Assembly (NCBI RefSeq): GCF_013177435.1
Contig: NZ_CP053627.1
Location: 2,790,001 to 2,822,000, forward strand
Length of the DNA: 32,000 bases
Direction: 5' to 3'
From: Xylella taiwanensis
GTDB taxonomy: Bacteria; Pseudomonadota; Gammaproteobacteria; Xanthomonadales; Xanthomonadaceae
Shown: positions 19,227-29,514 of the stretch, piece by piece
How positions within the stretch are numbered: the first letter of the stretch is position 1
Layout of the letters: every line of letters starts with the position of its first letter
The notes under the pieces: model-generated
Seen by the model: only the letters and a program-made list of their open reading frames with translations
Told to the model about the DNA's origin: nothing
Databases searched by the model: none
Made by a program: the position numbers and the translations under genes

Positions 19227-19703
19227 ATGAAAAAGCAGGAAGGTTTTACTTTGATCGAGCTGATGATCGTGATTGCGATCATTGCCATCCTGGCCGCTAT
19301 CGCTCTGCCCATGTACCAGAATTATGTCGCCAGATCTCAAGTCGCGACGGCACTGGCCGACATCACACCAGGCAAGGTCCAAGCAGAGATTCTTTTTACT
19401 GACGCAAGGGGAACATCAGCCATCACTACTCCGGAAACTATCGGTCTGCGTACCTCTAGTACTCGTTGCAGTACCATTGGTGTCAATATCACGCCAAGCA
19501 CTGGCATTGGCGAAATAGCATGTACGATTATTGGCAATGCTCAGGTCAACGGTCAAACTATTAGATGGAATCGTAGCGCCGATAACGCCTCAGGCCAAGG
19601 TGGCACTAATAATGGTGGCTTGTGGAGCTGCACCACAAACGTTGCCGCAACGTTGAGCCCAACAACCTGCACTGTTACTGCCGCTGCTGCTGGTTCTAAG
19701 TAA
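19227..19703 (+). CDS. pilA: Type IVa pilin, pilB-proximal intact paralog (158 aa)
   Basis: MKKQEG|[29 protein letters not shown]. It has four Cys and the RBS AAGGA. A GC-rich terminator hairpin follows. Confidence 0.93.
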   Translation: MKKQEGFTLIELMIVIAIIAILAAIALPMYQNYVARSQVATALADITPGKVQAEILFTDARGTSAITTPETIGLRTSSTRCSTIGVNITPSTGIGEIACTIIGNAQVNGQTIRWNRSADNASGQGGTNNGGLWSCTTNVAATLSPTTCTVTAAAAGSK

Positions 19704-19723
19704 TGCCGGCAGCAACATGATCC

Positions 19724-19790
19724 ATGGTTAATGTCCACGTTCTCCTAACGTGATCGATGTCGATGAGAAGCCCGCCTTGATGGCGGGCTT
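19724..19790 (+). repeat. Conserved pilin 3' module, copy 2
   Basis: Closely similar to 15802-15866. It contains the hairpin CACGTT-CTCCT-AACGTG (19736-19752) and the terminator stem. Confidence 0.75.
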
Positions 19791-19795
19791 CTTGG
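19768..19795 (+). terminator. Rho-independent terminator after the third pilin
   Basis: AAGCCCGCC (19768-19776) pairs with GGCGGGCTT (19782-19790) around the loop TTGAT, followed by CTTGG. Confidence 0.6.
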
Positions 19796-20075
19796 TGAAT
19801 ACGGTAAGACGTTACCGATATAGCGTGCTTGTCTTTGCAAGACAAACGTATCCGCCCAAACAATTCCTCAGCGGGTCACCGTGTTGGACGCTCCCCCGAA
19901 AACGCGTGCCTGTGAAGACATGGCAATCCATCCACTCTTTCAATCTGAATTTTTGCTCATCCGGGCTGTCAGTTGCTGACAGCAAGGCCACATTAAGAGA
20001 CTAAATAAAATTATTATAAATCAATATTTTATGAATTATCCTAAGCAGCAGAAACGACTTTCGACATCTTTGTAG

Positions 20076-20450
20076 ATGCCGTCGATGTATAACCTGCACG
20101 GTCTCTCTTTCACCGGGGAAAGCATCAAAAAATCCGCTGGATTCAACTTGATCGCACCGCTGATTGTCATGGCGAACATGGCTCTCCTGACGGTTATCGG
20201 GTGCAGCCCTTATCAAACGTATATTGCCAAGATTCATATGGATGTCGCCCTGGCCAGCCTCCAAGCTGGAGAAACCACCACCGAGACTCTCATCCAGAAA
20301 CAGCAGCATGCCACCCCGATCGACGCGACGCATCCAGGTCCCCACACCACCCATTACGGCTCGTACGTTCAAGCACGCTTTGACAACACCGGTGCCGGTG
20401 CGATCATCTGCACACCCCCGGTAAACCGTTTTATCGATAATCTGACATGA
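20076..20450 (+). pseudogene. Decayed or atypical pilin-like ORF (124 aa)
   Basis: ...SIKKSAGFNLIAPLIVMANMALLTVIGCSPYQTYIAKIHMDVALASLQ aligns with the pilin N-termini ([46 protein letters not shown]). The ATG before KK is missing, Glu+5 is Ala, and the next Leu is Pro. The C-terminal disulfide pair is absent. The frame is kept open only by an ATG 21 codons upstream. Confidence 0.55.
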
Positions 20451-20565
20451 GCGCTACTGGAGATGCGACGGAAGCACCTTCGATCAACGTATCCGTTCCA
20501 ATGATTGCTCATTGGGAAAGCCGGGTGACACCATACTTTAAAGCCGTGTAACCAGAGAATTTTTT

Positions 20566-22299
20566 ATGAACGCAGCCCACTCCGCCAATCTTGTCGGCAT
20601 TACCGGTATCGCCCGTCGCCTGGTCCAGGATGGCAGCATTGAAGAAGCCACCGCACGCATCGCTCAAGATCAAGCAACGGCCGCCAAGGTACCTTTACCA
20701 CAGTGGTTGATCGATAAAAAACTGGTCAGTGCAGCAAAGTTGGCCGCCGCCAATGCACTTGAGTTCGGGATGCCGCTGCTGGATGTCTCTGCGTTCGACC
20801 CTAATCACAGTGCAATGAGTTTGATCAACGAAGATCTGCTGCTGAAGCATCAGGTGTTACCGTTATTTAAACGCGGCAATCGACTGTTCGTCGGAATCAG
20901 CAACCCAACCCAGACCCAGGCTCTGGACGACATCAAGTTCCACACCAATTTGGTCGTAGAGCCGATTCTGGTTGACGAAGACCAGATACGGCGTACGCTC
21001 GAACAATGGCAGTCCAGGAGCGGTGCGCTCAGCGCTGGATTGGCGGAGGATGACACCGGCATCGAAGGCTTGGACATCGCCGGCGGAGATGACGATGGGA
21101 TGAGCGGCGATGCCGGCGTCGATGCTAAGAGCGATGACACGCCGGTCGTCAAATTCGTCAACAAGGTGCTGATCGATGCCATCCGGCGCGGCGCATCGGA
21201 CATCCATTTTGAACCATACGAAGAGGATTACCGGGTCCGATTCCGGATCGATGGTCTGCTGAAGAGTGTGGCAAAGGCACCAAACAAGTTGAACCAGCGT
21301 ATCGCCGCACGTTTGAAAGTCATGTCGCAACTGGATATCGCGGAAAAGCGGGTCCCGCAAGACGGGCGTATCAAGCTCAATCTATCGAAAACCAAGCAGG
21401 TCGATTTCCGCGTCAGTACACTGCCAACGCTGTTCGGCGAGAAAGTCGTACTGCGTATCCTGGATGGCAGTGCGGCAAAGCTGGGTATCGACAAGCTCGG
21501 TTACGAGCCTGACCAACAGGCCCTCTTTCTGGAAGCGATCCACAGACCCTACGGAATGGTCTTGGTCACTGGTCCGACCGGTTCGGGTAAGACGGTATCG
21601 CTTTACACCGCACTAGGCATCCTCAACGACGAAACACGCAATATCTCCACAGCCGAGGATCCTGTAGAAATCCGGCTGCCTGGGGTCAATCAGGTACAAC
21701 AAAACAACAAGCGCGGCATGACGTTCGCTGCAGCGTTACGTTCGTTTCTGCGTCAGGATCCAGATGTCATCATGGTCGGCGAAATCCGGGATCTTGAAAC
21801 CGCTGAAATCGCCATCAAAGCCGCGCAAACCGGTCACATGGTGCTCTCCACATTGCATACCAATGATGCGCCGCAAACCATCGCGCGTCTCATGAACATG
21901 GGGATTGCGCCGTACAACATCACCTCGTCAGTGACATTGGTGATCGCACAGCGGTTGGCACGGCGGCTGTGCAATCAATGTAAGCGGCCGGTTCAATTGC
22001 CGGCGAATGCATTGCTGGCCGAAGGGTTCACGCAGGCGCAGATCGATGCAGGGCTCGAACTGTACGAACCCGTCGGTTGCGACGAATGCACCGAAGGCTA
22101 CAAAGGCCGCACAGGTATTTATCAAGTGATGCCAATTACGGACGGGATTGCTTCGATTGTTTTAACCGGCGGTAATGCGTTGCAAATCGCCGAGGAGGCG
22201 CGCCGCATCGGCATCCACGACCTGCGCCAGTCGGCACTGCTCAAAGTCGCTCAGGGCGTGACGGGATTGGCCGAAATCAACCGGGTCACCAAAGATTAG
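20566..22299 (+). CDS. pilB: Type IV pilus assembly (extension) ATPase
   Basis: 577 aa in the GspE/PilB family. It has Walker A (GPTGSGKT), an Asp box, Walker B (DPDVIMVGEIRD), a His box (GHMVLSTLHTND) and a tetracysteine motif (CNQC...CDEC). Confidence 0.95.
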   Translation: MNAAHSANLVGITGIARRLVQDGSIEEATARIAQDQATAAKVPLPQWLIDKKLVSAAKLAAANALEFGMPLLDVSAFDPNHSAMSLINEDLLLKHQVLPLFKRGNRLFVGISNPTQTQALDDIKFHTNLVVEPILVDEDQIRRTLEQWQSRSGALSAGLAEDDTGIEGLDIAGGDDDGMSGDAGVDAKSDDTPVVKFVNKVLIDAIRRGASDIHFEPYEEDYRVRFRIDGLLKSVAKAPNKLNQRIAARLKVMSQLDIAEKRVPQDGRIKLNLSKTKQVDFRVSTLPTLFGEKVVLRILDGSAAKLGIDKLGYEPDQQALFLEAIHRPYGMVLVTGPTGSGKTVSLYTALGILNDETRNISTAEDPVEIRLPGVNQVQQNNKRGMTFAAALRSFLRQDPDVIMVGEIRDLETAEIAIKAAQTGHMVLSTLHTNDAPQTIARLMNMGIAPYNITSSVTLVIAQRLARRLCNQCKRPVQLPANALLAEGFTQAQIDAGLELYEPVGCDECTEGYKGRTGIYQVMPITDGIASIVLTGGNALQIAEEARRIGIHDLRQSALLKVAQGVTGLAEINRVTKD

Positions 22300-22305
22300 G
22301 CATCA

Positions 22306-22329
22306 GGCTCAGCCGTTGATGGCTGAGCC
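22306..22329. terminator. Perfect 9-bp hairpin between convergent pilB and pilR
   Basis: GGCTCAGCC (22306-22314), loop GTTGAT, GGCTGAGCC (22321-22329). Neither strand has a U-tract, so terminator function is uncertain. Confidence 0.35.
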
Positions 22330-22390
22330 AATGCACCAATCATCCGCGATGCATGAGGAAGAGAGGTGAGCTGTTGCCTGTCTCTTCTCG

Positions 22391-23803
22391 TCACTCCATC
22401 CCCAGCTTCTTTAGTTTGTAACGCAACGCACGGAAGGTGATGCCGAGTTGAGCGGCTGTCTTTGTCTTATTCCAGCGATTCTCTTCCAGAGCTTTCTGAA
22501 TGGCAGCACGTTCTAACTGCTCCATGTACGACGGCAGGGCAGCGGGTGTGTTCTCATCCTCCGCCGGTACTGATGGGTCTACAGACACAATTGGGGAAGC
22601 TGTGTGCACTACTGGAAGCGGCGATCCCTGTCCATGGAGACCGCCTTGGGGCAGGTGCAGATCCGCAGCACCGATATCATCGTCTTCGGTCAGCGCCAGA
22701 GCACGCTCCAGAATGTTCTCCAATTCACGCACGTTACCCGGGAACGGATAATGATCTAAGACCTCTAAGGCGGAGGGTGAGAGCAACGGGATCGACCGCC
22801 CATTGGTGTGCGCCAAGCGAGCCACAATGGCTGCGGCCAGATGTGGCAAATCACCAGTGCGCTCCCGCAGCGGCGGGACACGTATTTCGATCACATTGAT
22901 GCGGTAGTACAAGTCGTGGCGGAAGCGGCCATCGGCAATCAGGTCACTGAGATCTTTGTGGGTCGCCGACAAAATACGCACATCTACTGGCACTTCGGCG
23001 GCTGCCCCGATGGGGCGTATCGATTTCTCCTGAATCGCACGCAGTAGTTTGACCTGCATGTGCAACGGTAATTCGGCAATTTCGTCCAGGAATAAAGTAC
23101 CTCCGCCAGCACTTTGAAATAAACCGGGTTTATCAGTATGAGCACCGGTGAAACTCCCTTTCTTGTGGCCGAAAAATTCGCTTTCCATGAGATCCGCAGG
23201 GATCGCACCACAATTGACCGGGACGAACGGTCCAGCCGCACGCACGCTCTGTTCGTGGATGGTGCGTGCAACCAGTTCTTTGCCAACTCCGGATTCACCA
23301 AGGATATAAACCGGGGCTTGGCTACGCGCCACTTTAGCGATGGTGGCCCGAAGCTGGGCCATGGGTGCGGATTCGCCAAGGAGACGTCGGTCAGGACCTT
23401 GTGGCTGAGTTGACACGACAGTGCGGTCGCGATTGTTCAGTTCCAAGGCATGGCGGACGATGCCACGCAGCACGTTTAAATCGACTGGTTTGCTGACGAA
23501 GTCAAAAGCACCTGCTTTGAGCGCTTCTACAGCCAGTTCCATATTGCCGAAAGCAGTAATCATCGCCACCGGGGTACGCGGGTAGTGGCGCACGATCTTG
23601 TTCACCAAGTCGATGCCACTACCGTCAGGTAAACGCATATCAGTGATGCAAAGGTTGAACGAATCAGATTCAAGTAATGCGTGCGCTTCTGCCAGATTAG
23701 CAGCCGTGCTGATGCGAAGCCCCATACGACCTAGCGTAAGGATTAAAAGTTCACGGATGTCACGCTCGTCATCGACGATGAGAGCACTGCGGGATTCGTT
23801 CAT
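22391..23803 (-). CDS. pilR: Sigma-54-dependent response regulator (NtrC family), pilin transcription activator
   Basis: ORF 22391..23869. The start is at MNESRSALIVDDE (ATG at 23801-23803), giving 470 aa. It has a REC domain (ITDMRLPDGSG), an AAA+ sigma-54 interaction domain (GESGVGKE, GSFTGA, ESEFFGH) and a C-terminal Fis-type HTH. It lies immediately downstream of pilS. Confidence 0.92.
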   Translation of the reverse strand: MNESRSALIVDDERDIRELLILTLGRMGLRISTAANLAEAHALLESDSFNLCITDMRLPDGSGIDLVNKIVRHYPRTPVAMITAFGNMELAVEALKAGAFDFVSKPVDLNVLRGIVRHALELNNRDRTVVSTQPQGPDRRLLGESAPMAQLRATIAKVARSQAPVYILGESGVGKELVARTIHEQSVRAAGPFVPVNCGAIPADLMESEFFGHKKGSFTGAHTDKPGLFQSAGGGTLFLDEIAELPLHMQVKLLRAIQEKSIRPIGAAAEVPVDVRILSATHKDLSDLIADGRFRHDLYYRINVIEIRVPPLRERTGDLPHLAAAIVARLAHTNGRSIPLLSPSALEVLDHYPFPGNVRELENILERALALTEDDDIGAADLHLPQGGLHGQGSPLPVVHTASPIVSVDPSVPAEDENTPAALPSYMEQLERAAIQKALEENRWNKTKTAAQLGITFRALRYKLKKLGME

Positions 23804-23971
23804 GAAGGCCAAGATAACGCAGCGTACTAAAGATCGACAATTCCCGTCGTTTTTCGCCGCATAGCGCACATGGGAGATGTTGATCGCACATTAAGGTTGC
23901 AATATGAAATGGTGGTGCTAACACACCACAGTAAGCACGTCCTCCGCAAAATCCACAGGGATACTGGAAAC

Positions 23972-25615
23972 TCACTCTGGCATCAGTGCATAAGGACCCG
24001 GCAAGGTGATCCGAAAGCAGGCACCACCGCTCGGAATGGCCACGTACTCAAGATTAGATTGATTCGCGTTGCACAGTTCACGAGCAATGTATAGACCAAG
24101 ACCCGTGCCGTGTTCGGAAGTAGTGAAAAAAGGCTGAAAAAGCTGTGAAACAACTGTATCAGGAATGCCGGGACCTTGATCGACAACATCAATCATGACA
24201 CTGCGTCCGGCATCTACCAACTGAATACGTACCTGTGCCGGGATATCTGGCAGGCGTCCATAACGTAACGCGTTGTGGGTAAGGACGGCGAGGATCTGGT
24301 ACAGGTGGCGTGGATCCACAAGTGCCTGCATGGTAGTACGCAGGGTTTGTATCTCCAGGTTGTCATATTCGGCTGACAATGTCTGGCGGTATTCATCGAC
24401 AAAGCGGGTCACGAACCCGACTAAATCCAAATTTTCTGGGTTAGCGCGTTCGCGTCGTGCCAGGCCAAGCACGCTCTCGACGATCCCATTGGTACGCTGG
24501 CACTGCCGTAGGATGATCTGCAACAGACGCTGATCGGCTTCGTCAAGATTGGAAGATTCTTCCAGGAGCTGCGATGCATGTTTGATTGCGGCCAGAGGAT
24601 TGCGAATCTCATGCGCCAAACTGGCTGAAAATCGTCCAAGCGCCAACAAGGTCAATGACTCAGCACGGCGTGAAACTACGCTGGCATCATCAAGGAAGAT
24701 TAATGTCAATCCGTTGTCGGCAAGCAGGCTCACAAAGCGAGGCTGTACTTCGGGTTGATCCGGCGCTAATCGCAACGGGGTATCTTCGTAGTGTCGGCCG
24801 ATGCGCCAAGACTGGAGCCGCCTTGCCAATTCCGGGGCAACCGTAGTTAGTTCGTAACCACTCTCGGCCAATTGTCTGTCGTATCCCAGCAACGCAGCAG
24901 CGGTTTCGTTACTCAGGCTGATTCGATTGGTGGTATCCACCACCAACACCCCGTTACGCATACGTCGAATAATCAGCTCGTTGATCTCTGACAAGTTGAC
25001 TATCTGAGCACGACGCTTTTCAGCCAGAGTCTGACTGGATCTGGCCCGCTGCGCGGCTTGATGACAGATGTACGCAACTGCAGTATAGCTAGTGACAAAC
25101 ATGGCCAGTTCGGCCAGTGGACGTGAGGATCCACCTTCGCTCAGTGCAGTCCAGATGTATTCCACAAGCGTCGCAACCCCAGCAATCACAGCCAGGATCA
25201 TGCTCAGGCGCAACCGCAATAAGATGGCGGCAGCAGCGACATTGAACAACAACATCATCGCAATGCCAGCACTCGCTTTAGGCATGGCGTGGATAGTCAG
25301 GGTAGCGGCCAAGATATCGGCAACAGCACTTCCGAAGACTATCGGGGTCAACCAGCGCTCACTGCGACCCCAGACCAACAAGATAGTAGCCAACAGCAAG
25401 TAGCCGATTGCGACAGCCACTCCCAAATGTGGATCACTCTCCGGACTTACCAACGTCGATACCGGACTGAATACCAAGGCGGCGATCAATCCGGCCTCCA
25501 ACACCCGATACAACGCGAAGAAATACAGTTCACGTTGCGGAGCAAATTCAATCCGATGAATCAGCGAAGCGCTGAACAACACGTGGGGTAGCTCTATAGG
25601 GAGAAAAGGGATCAC
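23972..25615 (-). CDS. pilS: Sensor histidine kinase PilS
   Basis: 547 aa with a GTG start. It has an N-terminal multi-TM domain, an H box (SLAHEIRNPLAAIKHA), an N box (LTHNALRYG) and G boxes (DQGPGI; GTGLGLYIARELC). The C-terminus GGACFRITLP is like PilS of pseudomonads. Confidence 0.9.
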   Translation of the reverse strand: MIPFLPIELPHVLFSASLIHRIEFAPQRELYFFALYRVLEAGLIAALVFSPVSTLVSPESDPHLGVAVAIGYLLLATILLVWGRSERWLTPIVFGSAVADILAATLTIHAMPKASAGIAMMLLFNVAAAAILLRLRLSMILAVIAGVATLVEYIWTALSEGGSSRPLAELAMFVTSYTAVAYICHQAAQRARSSQTLAEKRRAQIVNLSEINELIIRRMRNGVLVVDTTNRISLSNETAAALLGYDRQLAESGYELTTVAPELARRLQSWRIGRHYEDTPLRLAPDQPEVQPRFVSLLADNGLTLIFLDDASVVSRRAESLTLLALGRFSASLAHEIRNPLAAIKHASQLLEESSNLDEADQRLLQIILRQCQRTNGIVESVLGLARRERANPENLDLVGFVTRFVDEYRQTLSAEYDNLEIQTLRTTMQALVDPRHLYQILAVLTHNALRYGRLPDIPAQVRIQLVDAGRSVMIDVVDQGPGIPDTVVSQLFQPFFTTSEHGTGLGLYIARELCNANQSNLEYVAIPSGGACFRITLPGPYALMPE

Positions 25616-25837
25616 CGAGTATAGGCAGGACCGTCAGCAATGTGCCGAATTAATACCGACTAACGTGCCAACATTGCGAGGAATACCATCGGGACCAATG
25701 CAATAACCACATAATTAATTTTGCGCTGCCTACTATAGTGGGCGACAATGGGCAGCCCGCTTGCGCCCACTACGGTGTCTGCCATCGGTAGATATCCTAC
25801 CTTGCATAGCGATCGCTTCCATTTTCCACGGTGACGC

Positions 25838-27001
25838 ATGAATTTCCACGAATACCAGGCGAAACAACTGTTTGCCGAATACGGCATCCCTGTTCCGGCC
25901 GGACGCATCGCGTCTTCGGTCGATGAAGCGGTTAAGGCCGCCAAATCTTTAGGCGACGGCCCATGGATGGTCAAGGCTCAGATTCATACGGGCGGCCGTG
26001 CTAAGTCCGGCGGCGTGAAATTTTGCAAGACAACCGACGAGGTGAAACAGGCCGCCGCAGCAATGCTCGGTACCAAGATGGCGACTTACCAGTCAGCAGG
26101 TGTTGCTCTTCCGGTGAATCTGGTCTTGGTGACCGAAGCTGGTGAAATCGCTAAAGAACTCTATCTGTCGGTGTTAGTAGATCGTGGTACACGTTCGATC
26201 ACCTACATCGCATCATCCGAGGGCGGTGTGGATATTGAGCAGGTCGCCGCTGAAACTCCTGAAAAAATTCAAACGCTCAATGTCGACTTCGTGGAAGGCC
26301 TGCAGCCATACCAAGGGCGCGAAATTGGCTTCAACCTTGGCCTGGAGGCCAAACAAGTCAATCAGCTATCCAAAATCATGGTTGGCCTATATCAATTGTT
26401 CAACGACAGAGATTTGTCTTTGATCGAATTGAATCCATTAGCAATCCTGGGCAATGGCAACTTGTACGCACTGGATGGCAAAATCAACTCCGACGACAAC
26501 GCGACGTTCCGCCATAAAGAATTGGCCGCGATGCGCGACAAAACCCAGGAGGACGAAACCGAGGTTCTGGCTTCGGAGAGCGATCTGAACTACGTCACTA
26601 TGGATGGCAACATCGGCTGCATGGTCAACGGTGCCGGACTGGCCATGGCCACCATGGATGTGATCAAGCTCAATGGCGGCGAACCGGCAAATTTCCTTGA
26701 TGTAGGCGGCGGCGCTACCAAAGAGCGTGTGACCACCGCATTCAAACTGATCCTTTCCTCAAACAAGGTCAAAGCCATCTTTGTGAATATATTCGGTGGC
26801 ATTGTCCGCTGCGACATGATTGCCGAAGGCATCATCGCTGCAATCAAAGAAGTGGGTGTCAAGGTGCCTGTTATCGTACGCTTAGAAGGCACTAATGTGG
26901 ACGCTGGCAAACAACTGCTGGCCACATCCGGCCTAGCCATTATCCCAGCCGACGACATCAACGACGGCGCGAGGAAGGCCGTCGCCGCTGTTACCATCTG
27001 A
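25838..27001 (+). CDS. sucC: Succinate--CoA ligase (ADP-forming) beta subunit
   Basis: 387 aa, [20 protein letters not shown]...[12 protein letters not shown]...[18 protein letters not shown]. Confidence 0.97.
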   Translation: MNFHEYQAKQLFAEYGIPVPAGRIASSVDEAVKAAKSLGDGPWMVKAQIHTGGRAKSGGVKFCKTTDEVKQAAAAMLGTKMATYQSAGVALPVNLVLVTEAGEIAKELYLSVLVDRGTRSITYIASSEGGVDIEQVAAETPEKIQTLNVDFVEGLQPYQGREIGFNLGLEAKQVNQLSKIMVGLYQLFNDRDLSLIELNPLAILGNGNLYALDGKINSDDNATFRHKELAAMRDKTQEDETEVLASESDLNYVTMDGNIGCMVNGAGLAMATMDVIKLNGGEPANFLDVGGGATKERVTTAFKLILSSNKVKAIFVNIFGGIVRCDMIAEGIIAAIKEVGVKVPVIVRLEGTNVDAGKQLLATSGLAIIPADDINDGARKAVAAVTI

Positions 27002-27029
27002 ACCCACCGAGAACCTTTAGGAATTCAAC

Positions 27030-27902
27030 ATGTCTGTACTAGTTAATAAAAATACGAAGGTGATCGTGCAGGGCTTTACCGGTCAACAAGGGACCTTCCA
27101 TGCCACTCAGATGGTGGAATACGGCACTCAAGTCGTCGGTGGTGTCACCCCTGGCAAGGGAGGCAATACCCATATCGGTCTGCCGGTATTCAACACTGTG
27201 CGTGAAGCCGTCGAGAACACAGGTGCTGACGCCTCGGTTATCTACGTACCACCACCGTTTGCAGCCGATGCGATTTTGGAAGCAGCTTCGGCAGGCATCA
27301 AAGTCATCGTGGCTATTACAGAAGGTATTCCGGTACTGGACATGCTGCGAGTTAAAAATGTACTTAAAGCGTATCCTGAAACCACATTGATCGGACCAAA
27401 CTGCCCAGGTGTTATTACCCCAGGCGAATGTAAGATCGGGATCATGCCGGGCCATATCCACAAGCCAGGTCATATAGGTATTGTGTCGCGCTCTGGTACG
27501 TTGACTTACGAAGCTGTGAAACAAACTACTGACGTCGGCCTAGGTCAGTCAACCTGCATTGGTATCGGTGGCGATCCAATCAACGGTCTGAACTTCATTG
27601 ATGCGCTAAAGCTGTTCAACAACGATCCACAGACCAGGGGTATCATCATGGTGGGGGAGATCGGCGGGGATGCCGAAGAAGCCGGCGCTGAGTACATCCA
27701 ACAACATGTGAGCAAGCCAGTAGTTGGGTTTATCGCTGGTGCATCCGCACCGAAAGGCAAACGCATGGGCCATGCCGGTGCCATCGCTTCGGGGGGATCA
27801 GGGACAGCGGAAGGCAAGTTTACTGCGATGGAAAAAGCCGGCGTTAAGACTGTACGTTCACCAGGGGATTTGGGCGCGGCGATTGCTTTGTTGGTAAAGT
27901 AA
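27030..27902 (+). CDS. sucD: Succinate--CoA ligase alpha subunit
   Basis: 290 aa, [12 protein letters not shown]...[10 protein letters not shown]...[10 protein letters not shown]...MGHAGAI (active-site His). It starts 28 nt after sucC and has an AGGA RBS. Confidence 0.97.
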   Translation: MSVLVNKNTKVIVQGFTGQQGTFHATQMVEYGTQVVGGVTPGKGGNTHIGLPVFNTVREAVENTGADASVIYVPPPFAADAILEAASAGIKVIVAITEGIPVLDMLRVKNVLKAYPETTLIGPNCPGVITPGECKIGIMPGHIHKPGHIGIVSRSGTLTYEAVKQTTDVGLGQSTCIGIGGDPINGLNFIDALKLFNNDPQTRGIIMVGEIGGDAEEAGAEYIQQHVSKPVVGFIAGASAPKGKRMGHAGAIASGGSGTAEGKFTAMEKAGVKTVRSPGDLGAAIALLVK

Positions 27903-28161
27903 ACCACTCTGGAAAATTGCTTTCTCAAAGTTTTTCAAAAACATCCCAGTAGGTACAGCTTAAAACGGTTTAAGGTAAACGACGAGATCTCCGGAAACTC
28001 GGAGACCTAGTTGCTCTTGTCATATGCTGGCATTTAAGCATCTTCGATTTCCATCCCATCATCCAGGCACTACTTATCAGTGTAAAGTACACACGGAATA
28101 ATTACCGCACTTATACTCACCTATGCATTTATTATTAATAATGATCTCGATAGAATCCGAT

Positions 28162-29514
28162 TCACTTGCCAATACAGAAACTGGAAAAAATCCGCCCAAG
28201 TAGTTCATCAGGACTCATGCGCCCATTGATTTCACCCAGTGCGTGATAAGCCAAACGAAGTTCTTCTGCGGTCAATTCTAAATGTTCGTATGCGAACTGT
28301 GCATTGGCATCCACTACATGCGCAGCCGCACGTTGCAAAGCCTGCACATGGCGCAACCGTGCCGAAAATTCACCTTCGACCACTTCGGTCGCCTCGCCAA
28401 GCGCCAACGCACGCAGGCGTGCCTGCAATGTTTCCAGGCCAGCACCCGTCATTGCAGACACTGCGATCACATCTGACCCTAATGCAGGCGGCTCCGCAAG
28501 CAAGTCAAGTTTGTTATGGATCCAAAGTACACGCGGCACTGAAGTAAGAGCATCTATCACCGTAGCACGGCCAATCTGCGGATTGCAGGCATCCAACACC
28601 ACCAGTGCCAAGTCAGCACGCTGCAATTCGCTGAGGGTACGACGCATACCTTCGCGCTCAATTGCATCGCCCCCGTCACGTAACCCAGCAGTGTCAACCA
28701 AAACAAACTCCAAGCCATCGAAATGCACACTCTCACGCAATGTGTCACGAGTCGTACCGGCAACATCGGTTACGATCGCACGCTCACTACCAATCAAAGC
28801 ATTGAGTAGTGAACTTTTACCAACATTCGGAGGACCAACCAAAACGGTATATAGTCCATCGCAAAGACGCCTCCCATGCTCAGCCTCTCGAAGTAACTGT
28901 GTCAGTTCAACACACAAGGTCTGTAATGCAGTACGTATCTGGACACCATCAAATGTATCCAGCGATTCATCGGCAAAGTCGATTGCTGCTTCAACGTGAA
29001 TACGCAGCCTGACTAACTGTTCGGCTAATGCCTCGCAGCGCCGCGAAAAGACTCCATCCAGCGATCTGCGAGCAGCACGAGCAGCACGCAAGTCACCAGC
29101 ACCGATCAGATCGGCGATTGCCTCGGCTTGTATCAGATCAAATTTACCGTTGAGAAAGGCACGTTCACTAAATTCGCCGGGGCGGGCTTGCCGCGCTCCT
29201 AGCCTCACACATCGCATCAATAGCTGGCGTAGCAACAGCGGGCTGCCGTGCCCTTGCAACTCCAATACATCTTCGCCAGTGAAGCTATGTGGGGCAGGAA
29301 ACCATAGCGCCAACCCATCATCAATGGCTTCATCATCGATATCGAGAAAACGTGTGTAATGTGCATGTCGTGGCCGTAACGTGGCAATACCTAGACCACT
29401 TGCAATATTTTTTATCAATGGACCAGAAACGCGCACTATCCCTATTCCAGCACTACCGGACGCGGTGGCAATCGCAGCGATGGTGTCGTTCAAATAGGCT
29501 GGGCACTGGCTCAT
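28162..29514 (-). CDS. mnmE: tRNA uridine-5-carboxymethylaminomethyl modification GTPase
   Basis: 450 aa. The N-terminus reads [23 protein letters not shown]. The G-domain has [12 protein letters not shown] and DTAGLR. The C-terminus ends in the hallmark FCIGK. Confidence 0.95.
   Translation of the reverse strand: MSQCPAYLNDTIAAIATASGSAGIGIVRVSGPLIKNIASGLGIATLRPRHAHYTRFLDIDDEAIDDGLALWFPAPHSFTGEDVLELQGHGSPLLLRQLLMRCVRLGARQARPGEFSERAFLNGKFDLIQAEAIADLIGAGDLRAARAARRSLDGVFSRRCEALAEQLVRLRIHVEAAIDFADESLDTFDGVQIRTALQTLCVELTQLLREAEHGRRLCDGLYTVLVGPPNVGKSSLLNALIGSERAIVTDVAGTTRDTLRESVHFDGLEFVLVDTAGLRDGGDAIEREGMRRTLSELQRADLALVVLDACNPQIGRATVIDALTSVPRVLWIHNKLDLLAEPPALGSDVIAVSAMTGAGLETLQARLRALALGEATEVVEGEFSARLRHVQALQRAAAHVVDANAQFAYEHLELTAEELRLAYHALGEINGRMSPDELLGRIFSSFCIGK

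Larger units (their letters stand above)
18321..19795 (+). repeat. Tandem duplication of a complete pilin cassette (upstream block, sigma-54 promoter, pilin), two units
   Basis: Unit 1 is about 18321-19051 and unit 2 about 19052-19795. They share an upstream block (TAATACAGCATTTTGCAAACACTCTCTCCC versus CCAATACGGCACTTTGAAAACACTCACTCCC), a promoter (TTGGCAYGCCTCCTGCTTAA) and the 5' half of the CDS. The 3' halves of the CDS have diverged. Confidence 0.8.

Noticed and set aside
20850-21360. Two overlapping minus-strand ORFs (117 and 165 aa) inside pilB
   Set aside because: Antisense shadows of pilB with no protein-like features.
25660-25974. 104-aa minus-strand ORF spanning the pilS-sucC divergent promoter region and the sucC 5' end
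   Set aside because: It overlaps the well-supported sucC start in antisense and has no independent support.
26590-27928. Minus-strand ORFs of 127-161 aa inside sucC and sucD (26590..26997, 27039..27524, 27545..27928)
   Set aside because: Antisense shadows of highly conserved metabolic genes.
28304-28999. 231-aa ORF on the plus strand inside mnmE
   Set aside because: It is antisense to a very well-supported gene. The translation is Ser/Arg/Ala/Thr-rich low-complexity sequence typical of a shadow frame, and there is no RBS.
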